10,021 nucleotides of DNA from Pseudomonadota bacterium (GTDB taxonomy: Bacteria; UBA10199; 2-02-FULL-44-16; JBDRGF01), in assembly GCA_043818055.1 (NCBI GenBank), contig JBDRGF010000110.1:1-10021 (forward strand), given 5' to 3'. The notes beneath the pieces were generated by a model. That model was given only the letters and a program-made list of their open reading frames with translations, ran no database searches and had not been told where the DNA came from. Below, piece by piece: positions 1 through 5,335 of this stretch (position 1 is its first letter; each line of letters opens with the position of its first letter). A program made the translations under genes and the position numbers.

Positions 1-101
1 CACGGGGGGGTTGGCCGCCGAAACTGCCCGCCTGTGGGGGCCCCCCCCGCCCCGCCCGGGCCACCAAAAAACCCGGGGGGTTTTTCCCCCCCCTTTTTTT
101 T
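1..101. other. Low-complexity homopolymer-rich stretch, probably low-quality sequence at a contig/read end
   Basis: Dense runs (G7 at 4-10, C8 at 41-48, A6 at 66-71, G6 at 75-80, T5, C8, T8 at 94-101) unlike the rest of the window. The adjacent tRNA 3' end has substitutions that each copy a neighbouring base, as expected from phasing-type base-call errors. Confidence 0.75.
66..101. terminator. Possible bidirectional rho-independent terminator downstream of tRNA-Leu (sequence unreliable)
   Basis: A6-CCC-G6-T5-C8-T8: a G/C stem flanked by an A-tract and a T-tract, directly 3' of the minus-strand tRNA. It lies in the error-prone region, so the exact stem cannot be trusted. Confidence 0.25.
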
Positions 102-186
102 GGGGCCCCCGGGCGGGACTCGGACCCGCATGGGTTTCCCCACACGCCCCTCAAACGTGCGTGTCTACCAATTCCACCACCTGGGC
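102..186 (-). tRNA. tRNA-Leu, anticodon GAG (class II, long variable arm)
   Basis: Reverse complement folds as a cloverleaf: GCCCAGG acceptor, D-arm GTG-GAATTGGTAGA-CAC, anticodon arm CACGT-TTGAGGG-GCGTG (GAG at 152-150), variable arm GGG-GAAA-CCC, T-arm GCGGG-TCCGAGT-CCCGC. The 3' acceptor/CCA reads CCGGGGGCCCC instead of the expected CCTGGGCACCA, likely sequencing error. It starts 25 nt after the secG stop, matching the secG-leuU arrangement known from E. coli. Confidence 0.93.
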
Positions 187-211
187 AAAACAGTATTTAG
201 TTTTAACAATC

Positions 212-562
212 TTACTTAGTGCCTTCCGACTTCTGTTCAGATTCCTGAGGCAAAGCCTTCTCATTTGCTTTCCTCGTATCTTCCTTTTCGACTGCTTCGA
301 GAAGCGATTTGTTGCTCAGGACGCTCTCAACCGATCTCGTCTTGGCCATCTGCGCTAATGTGAGCGATGTCGCCAGAAAGAGAATCGCAAGCACAATGGT
401 CATCTTGTTCAAAAATGTCGCGGGACCGCGGCTGCCAAACAGTGTCTGTGAAGCGCCACCGAAAACTGCGCCAATATCTGCTCCCTTTCCGACCTGCAAA
501 AGGATAGTGAGGATCAGGATGACACATATGGCAAAATGAATAACTGTGATTAAACTCTCCAT
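212..562 (-). CDS. secG: Preprotein translocase subunit SecG (116 aa)
   Basis: Two hydrophobic helices around the typical SecG loop ILLQVGKGADIGAVFGGASQTLFGSRGPATFLNKMT, with a charged C-terminal tail. Start moved from the ORF-track TTG at 619 to ATG at 562, which has an AGGAG Shine-Dalgarno just upstream (574-570). TAA stop at 214-212. Confidence 0.95.
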   Translation of the reverse strand: MESLITVIHFAICVILILTILLQVGKGADIGAVFGGASQTLFGSRGPATFLNKMTIVLAILFLATSLTLAQMAKTRSVESVLSNKSLLEAVEKEDTRKANEKALPQESEQKSEGTK

Positions 563-622
563 TGAAACTCTCCTATAAAAAATTTTCCGGATCAAAACAC
601 GTTTTTTCAATCTACTCAAGCA

Positions 623-1387
623 TTAAAAACTCGAACGAACAATATCAGCAAATTGCTTCGAATCAAGCGACGCCCCACCAACCAAAAATCCATCGATATT
701 GGGCTTTTTGATCAAATCCCTGCTGTTGGATGGCTTCACGCTGCCTCCATATAAAATCTGGGTCTTGTCCGATAACTCGCGGTCAAATGCTGTAGAGAGC
801 CATTCCCTTATTAAAGCATGCACCTCTTCGGCCTGTTCAGGAGTGGCTGTTCTCCCCGTCCCTATAGCCCATATCGGCTCATAAGCTACGACAAGATTTG
901 TAAGTTTGGGGCTATATGACGAAAGCCCGATCCTCAGCTGATGTTCGATCACATCCCATGTCTTCGAAGCCTCGCGTTCATCAAGCTTCTCGCCGACACA
1001 AAAGATGGGGATGAGTTCATTGTGCTGCGCTGTTCTCACCTTGTCCTTCAAACATTCATCATCCTCGTGAAAAATGTTGCGCCTCTCGGAATGACCGATG
1101 ATGACAAACTGACATCCAGCCTCTTTCAAAAAAAGCCCAGAGATCTCTCCTGTGAAGGCGCCATTATCTTCCCAGTGGATATTCTGCCCGCCCAGCATAT
1201 ATGGCAATTCGGAGAGTGCGACTCCTACAGAGTATAATGATGTAAAAGGAGGACAGATGATCACCTCGGTGTCGCCTGTGGCTTTGAGCTCGTGATTAAA
1301 CTCAGCTATGAATTTCAAAGACTCAGCTATATCGTTGTTCATCTTCCAGTTTGCCGCCATGATCGGCTTTCTATTTTTGTCAGTCAC
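623..1387 (-). CDS. tpiA: Triosephosphate isomerase (254 aa)
   Basis: Catalytic motifs AANWK (Lys), GHSERR (His) and AYEPIWAIGTG (Glu, loop 6), plus GAFTGEIS, YGGSVKP and GFLVGGASL. GTG start with GGAGG 5 nt upstream (1397-1393). Confidence 0.98.
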   Translation of the reverse strand: MTDKNRKPIMAANWKMNNDIAESLKFIAEFNHELKATGDTEVIICPPFTSLYSVGVALSELPYMLGGQNIHWEDNGAFTGEISGLFLKEAGCQFVIIGHSERRNIFHEDDECLKDKVRTAQHNELIPIFCVGEKLDEREASKTWDVIEHQLRIGLSSYSPKLTNLVVAYEPIWAIGTGRTATPEQAEEVHALIREWLSTAFDRELSDKTQILYGGSVKPSNSRDLIKKPNIDGFLVGGASLDSKQFADIVRSSF

Positions 1388-2569
1388 TTATCCCTCCAAT
1401 GCTGCCAGTCCGGGGAGCTTTTTGCCTTCCATAAATTCGAGGCTCGCCCCACCGCCGGTTGAAATGTGTTTGATCTTATCTGATACCCCTGCTTTGGCCA
1501 GCGCTGCGATTGAATCGCCTCCGCCGACAACGGAGATCGCCTTCGAATTTGCAATCGCCTTTGCAACAGCCATCGTGCCATTCGCAAATGCATCAATTTC
1601 AAAAACGCCCATCGGGCCATTCCAGAATACAGTCTTCGCCTCTTCCAAAATTTTTATAAATTCCTTCACCGTCTTAGGACCGATATCGAGGCTCATCATA
1701 TCTTCAGGAATATTATCTGTAACTTCAGTCTTCGCATCCTCGGAAATCTCGTTGGCGATCACAAAATCTTTGGGAAGGATAATCGAAACTCCTCTGGCTT
1801 TCGCCCTTTCAAGGATGCGCTTCGCGGAATACAGTTTATCCTCTTCGAGCAGAGACTTTCCGATCTCTTTTCCGGAGGCCTTAAGAAATGTATAGGCCAT
1901 GCCTCCGCCGATGACTATCTTGTCCACAAGTCCCAAAAGGTTATCGATCACGCCAAGCTTATCTGAGACCTTAGCACCTCCCAGAAGCGCCACAAAGGGA
2001 CGACTCGGATCTTTCAAGATCTGGGAAAGATATGAGACCTCCTGACGCATCAGAAAACCGGCGCCCTTCTCCTTCACAAATTTCGCCATGCCGGCTGTCG
2101 AAGCGTGCGCCCTGTGAGCTGTGCCAAACGCGTCGTTGATATAAACGTCGGTGAGGTTAGAGAGCTTCTTTGCAAACTCCTCCTCATTTTCCTTCTCTTC
2201 ATTATGAAATCTTAAATTTTCAAGGAGCATCACCTGCCCGGGTTGGAGATCGCTGGCCAGTTTCTTCACCCCGTCGCCAACACAGTCCTCCGGCATTACA
2301 ACATCGACACCGCCCAATAACTCGCTTAAGCGAATTCCAACAGGCTTCAAGCTATACTTAGGATCGGGCCTGCCCTTTGGCCTTCCCAGGTGACTTGCCA
2401 AAATCACCTTCGCGTTGTGCCCCAAGGCGTATTTTATCGTCGGAAGCGCAGCCCTGATGCGGGTGTCATCCGTGATCTTGCCATCTCCATCCATAGCGAC
2501 ATTGAAATCCACTCTTATGAAGACACGCTTATTCGCGATATCGAATTCATCTATATACTTGATAACCAT
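1388..2569 (-). CDS. pgk: Phosphoglycerate kinase (393 aa)
   Basis: Motifs RVDFNV, SHLGRP, LLENLRF, NDAFGTAHRAHAS, GGAKVSDK, WNGPMGVFE, GGGDS and HISTGGGASLE. The ATG overlaps the gap stop (TAATG) and has GAGGT upstream. Confidence 0.98.
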   Translation of the reverse strand: MVIKYIDEFDIANKRVFIRVDFNVAMDGDGKITDDTRIRAALPTIKYALGHNAKVILASHLGRPKGRPDPKYSLKPVGIRLSELLGGVDVVMPEDCVGDGVKKLASDLQPGQVMLLENLRFHNEEKENEEEFAKKLSNLTDVYINDAFGTAHRAHASTAGMAKFVKEKGAGFLMRQEVSYLSQILKDPSRPFVALLGGAKVSDKLGVIDNLLGLVDKIVIGGGMAYTFLKASGKEIGKSLLEEDKLYSAKRILERAKARGVSIILPKDFVIANEISEDAKTEVTDNIPEDMMSLDIGPKTVKEFIKILEEAKTVFWNGPMGVFEIDAFANGTMAVAKAIANSKAISVVGGGDSIAALAKAGVSDKIKHISTGGGASLEFMEGKKLPGLAALEG

Positions 2570-3576
2570 TATAACCTCTCACCCATGTAAATTGCGAATT
2601 CGACCATCCTGTAGCTGAAGCCCATCTCGTTATCGTACCATGCGATCACTTTGACGAGATTTCCGTTTGCCTTCGTTAGAAGACCATCGACGATCGAAGA
2701 GCGGGGATCACCGTTGAAATCAGTGGAGACAAGAGGTTCCTCAGTGTATCCCAGAATCCCCTTCAGCTCATTTTCGCTGGCCTTTTTGAAAGCCGCGTTT
2801 ACGTCCTTCGCGTTGACCGGCTTCTTGCAGAGAGCTGTGAGATCGACGCATGAGACGTTGATGGTGGGAACACGGATCGCAAAACCATCGAGCTTTCCAT
2901 TCAGATCAGGAAGCACCAGTCCGACTGCCTTAGCAGCACCCGTCGTTGTCGGAATTTGCGACATCGCCGCGGCTCTCGCCCTTCTTAAATCTTTGTGCGG
3001 CGCATCTACGACGCACTGATCATTTGTGTACGCGTGGATCGTCGTCATTAAACCGGACTCAATGCCGAATGTCTCGTTGAGCACCTTCGCAAATGGTGCA
3101 AGACAGTTTGTCGTACAGCTGGCGTTCGAAACTATGTTATGTTTAGCGTTATCATATGTTGTGTGATTGACACCCATCACAAACGTCCCGTCAGGATCAA
3201 TCGCTGGCGCTGAGATTATCACCTTCTTTGCACCGGCTTTGAGATGCTTCGATGTCCCTGCCTGATCCCTAAAAACACCTGTGCATTCCATCACGACATC
3301 CACACCCAACTTTCCCCACGGAAGTTTCTCCGGATCCTTCTCTGAAGTTACGGGAATCTCTTTTCCATCGATCACGATCGCGTTATCCTTGACAGATATG
3401 CTGCCGGGAAAGTGGCCGTGAGTTGTATCATATTTGAGCAGATGAGCCATCGTCGGAATCGGAATCAGATCGTTGATACCAACCAGCTCTATGTCATCTC
3501 TTCCTCTCATAGCACGAACGACCATTCGTCCAATACGTCCAAAACCGTTGATTGCAATCTTTGTTTTCTTAGACAT
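2569..3576 (-). CDS. gap: Type I glyceraldehyde-3-phosphate dehydrogenase (335 aa), probably NAD-preferring
   Basis: Rossmann motif INGFGRIGR, active-site ASCTTNCL, TTIHAYT, TTTGAAKAVG and WYDNE. The Asp in GINDL and the Pro in DAPH fit NAD preference. Start moved from 3630 to ATG at 3576, which has an AAGGAG Shine-Dalgarno 7 nt upstream. Confidence 0.98.
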   Translation of the reverse strand: MSKKTKIAINGFGRIGRMVVRAMRGRDDIELVGINDLIPIPTMAHLLKYDTTHGHFPGSISVKDNAIVIDGKEIPVTSEKDPEKLPWGKLGVDVVMECTGVFRDQAGTSKHLKAGAKKVIISAPAIDPDGTFVMGVNHTTYDNAKHNIVSNASCTTNCLAPFAKVLNETFGIESGLMTTIHAYTNDQCVVDAPHKDLRRARAAAMSQIPTTTGAAKAVGLVLPDLNGKLDGFAIRVPTINVSCVDLTALCKKPVNAKDVNAAFKKASENELKGILGYTEEPLVSTDFNGDPRSSIVDGLLTKANGNLVKVIAWYDNEMGFSYRMVEFAIYMGERL

Positions 3577-3639
3577 GTCTTCACTCCTTTTTTTATATTG
3601 TTGATTGTGTATGATTTTTTTTCGCTCCAAGGCGGCGGC

Positions 3640-3667
3640 AGTATACCTTTTTGCTTCCCTTCGTCAA
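3640..3667 (-). promoter_or_regulatory. Sigma70-type promoter of the gap-pgk-tpiA-secG-tRNA operon
   Basis: Minus strand reads TTGACG (3667-3662), a 16-nt spacer, then TATACT (3645-3640). Both hexamers match 5/6 of consensus and lie about 65 nt upstream of the gap ATG. Confidence 0.75.
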
Positions 3668-3733
3668 GAGGCCAATAAAACAGCGATAAGCTGTAAGAAA
3701 GACAAGAAATACATAGCTTTGAAATGGCGGCTT

Positions 3734-3742
3734 TGCTAAAAT
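3734..3742 (+). promoter_or_regulatory. Candidate extended -10 promoter (TGnTAAAAT) for the divergent 514-aa gene
   Basis: TGCTAAAAT ends 36 nt upstream of ATG 3779. There is no good -35 at 17 nt (TTGAAA at 3719-3724 is only 12 nt away). A strong RBS, GGAGGT, is at 3767-3772. Confidence 0.4.
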
Positions 3743-3778
3743 AAGAAAAATTGTGTTTTTTATTATGGAGGTAAGAAT

Positions 3779-5323
3779 ATGAAAAAGCCTTTATTGGTAG
3801 TAGGTGTTGCCGTCATTGTGGGAACTCTCCTCGCCTTTATGCTCTTGAGCCACAATTCAAATGGCAAGGAGAATGGAAAATCAGCGCAAGGAAAAACATC
3901 TTCCCTTAAAGAGAAAACCCTTTCTCAGTTAATCCTCTCACCCTTTTCAAAACCATCTTCGACAACCGAGACAGACCCAACCCTAAAGACCGCTGATGGG
4001 GGAAGCAAAAATACCCTTGCTACACAGACGAATATTCAGCAGATATCGAAACCCGCATTGCCTCAGACTGAATTGGCGATGATTTCCAGTGAATTGCAGG
4101 CTGCTGCCATCATAGACGACGGCACACAATTGATTCTCAGCCAGATGAATCAGAAACCCAAGGCATTCGATGATATGCAGGTCCTGGCGCTTGGCGTACC
4201 ACTGGAAGTGGTCAACACCTTCGACAGGATCACACATGAGAGCACGCTTACGGAAGTGGAAGAGGGAGAGAAGCCATCCACGGATAACAAAGGAGGTGAG
4301 GAGGGGGAAAAAACTCCATCGACGGAATCTGTACTGGCAAAGGCGATCGCAATAACCGCGAACAAGCGATTCATGGAAATTTCGGCACAGCTCGAACAGG
4401 AGATTCTCAATTTCAATTACTATAATACGCTTGCAAAGGATCTTTTTAATTCCGGGGTTAGCGAGGATCAAAAATCCCAGTGCAAACCCGGCTTTTTCAA
4501 AGAGTATCTCACATATCTCCGTCCATCATATGATGAGAACAACCCCTTCATCATAGATGTCGTCACCAATCAATCCTGCTTTGCGGAATGCAAAAAGAAG
4601 GGAAAGAATGCCGAAGGCTGTTTTATCGACTGCGGAATTAATTCAAAGGAGAGATGTTATGATGCGGCTCAAGCCTTTCTTCCCGCATCCTTTCAGGATT
4701 TTTTCTACAGCTACAATTGCAAAAATAATTATCCATTCCCTTACGAGGGGACTAAAAGTGCGCAGATTAATCCGGGACAGGAGAATTCCAGATTGTTACG
4801 CTTAACAGCTGAAAGCATTCAATATCTCTATCAGAGCATGGAGCAGATGCAGGGCGACATCGACTCATCTCTCGAAAAAGATTATCTGCAAAACAAATCA
4901 GATGATCCCGCTTGCAAGTCGGCTATAAAAGAATGGAACTCGAGTAGGGACGCTATGAGAAAGGCCTTCGAAGAAAAGAGAGAAGAGCTTGTAAAATATA
5001 ATGCCTATAAAATCCTGTCAGAGAGTTTCAGCGATTCGATCAAAATAAACCGTTTTCTGACTGAGAACAGAGCTAACCTCAAGTCCGCATACTGCATGAG
5101 CCATTTAAACCAGGCTCTCACAGAACATCAAAGTGAGTGGAAAAGGGAGGCTGAATCTAACAAGGCCTCTATCGATATGATAGAAAAAGTAACCTCGCAA
5201 TTTCGTGACGTATCGAATGAGTTTTTAAATCTGCCGGAAAGACTGGACGGTTTCTGTCGCGTGGAAAAACCAAAATTACCGGAGGATGTGGGAAATTATC
5301 TTCAGGCGACCATGAAACAATAA
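3779..5323 (+). CDS. Hypothetical membrane-anchored/exported cysteine-rich protein (514 aa)
   Basis: Long ORF with a strong GGAGGT RBS 6 nt before the ATG. The N-terminus is MKK plus a hydrophobic helix (PLLVVGVAVIVGTLLAFMLL), followed by a Ser/Thr/Lys-rich linker. Ten Cys occur from residue 235 onward and the C-terminal half looks helical/coiled-coil. No family motif recognised. Confidence 0.85.
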   Translation: MKKPLLVVGVAVIVGTLLAFMLLSHNSNGKENGKSAQGKTSSLKEKTLSQLILSPFSKPSSTTETDPTLKTADGGSKNTLATQTNIQQISKPALPQTELAMISSELQAAAIIDDGTQLILSQMNQKPKAFDDMQVLALGVPLEVVNTFDRITHESTLTEVEEGEKPSTDNKGGEEGEKTPSTESVLAKAIAITANKRFMEISAQLEQEILNFNYYNTLAKDLFNSGVSEDQKSQCKPGFFKEYLTYLRPSYDENNPFIIDVVTNQSCFAECKKKGKNAEGCFIDCGINSKERCYDAAQAFLPASFQDFFYSYNCKNNYPFPYEGTKSAQINPGQENSRLLRLTAESIQYLYQSMEQMQGDIDSSLEKDYLQNKSDDPACKSAIKEWNSSRDAMRKAFEEKREELVKYNAYKILSESFSDSIKINRFLTENRANLKSAYCMSHLNQALTEHQSEWKREAESNKASIDMIEKVTSQFRDVSNEFLNLPERLDGFCRVEKPKLPEDVGNYLQATMKQ

Positions 5324-5335
5324 ATAGCAAATTTG

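Noticed and set aside
11..358. Plus-strand ORFs 11..358 and 34..219 (Pro/Gly-rich)
   Set aside because: They are translations of the homopolymer region, antisense to the tRNA and secG, with no RBS or protein-like composition.
582..610. Possible internal secG promoter TTGAAA-N17-GAAAAT on the minus strand
   Set aside because: The -10 hexamer lacks the first T, the region is AT-rich, and it lies very close to the RBS, so support is insufficient.
563..619. 19-aa N-terminal extension of SecG from TTG 619
   Set aside because: SecG similarity and the AGGAG RBS point to ATG 562, so the extension is translated intergenic sequence.
1388..1390. Stop-codon reassignment as the explanation for the in-frame TAA between pgk and tpiA
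   Set aside because: TAA ends secG, tpiA and gap at their expected C-termini, and TGA ends the kinase, receiver and MMPL genes, so the standard code fits.
1308..3019. Antisense ORFs over tpiA/pgk/gap (e.g. 1308..1895, 2415..2618, 2651..3019)
   Set aside because: These are shadow ORFs of conserved genes and contain no recognisable motifs.
3577..3630. 18-aa N-terminal extension of GAPDH from TTG 3630
   Set aside because: It would begin almost at the predicted transcription start with no RBS. ATG 3576 has AAGGAG and gives the normal GAPDH N-terminus.
3688..3719. Imperfect inverted repeat AAGCTGT/ATAGCTT enclosing two AAGAAA direct repeats between the divergent promoters
   Set aside because: It is short, imperfect and AT-rich, so it could be chance. 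It cannot be called an operator without comparative data.
3725..3737. TGGC...TTGC resembling a sigma54 -24/-12 promoter
   Set aside because: The GG-to-GC spacing is 7 nt, not the required 10 nt.
4481..5257. 514-aa protein as a c-type cytochrome, radical SAM or ferredoxin-type protein
   Set aside because: There is no CxxCH, CxxxCxxC or CxxCxxC motif among its cysteines.
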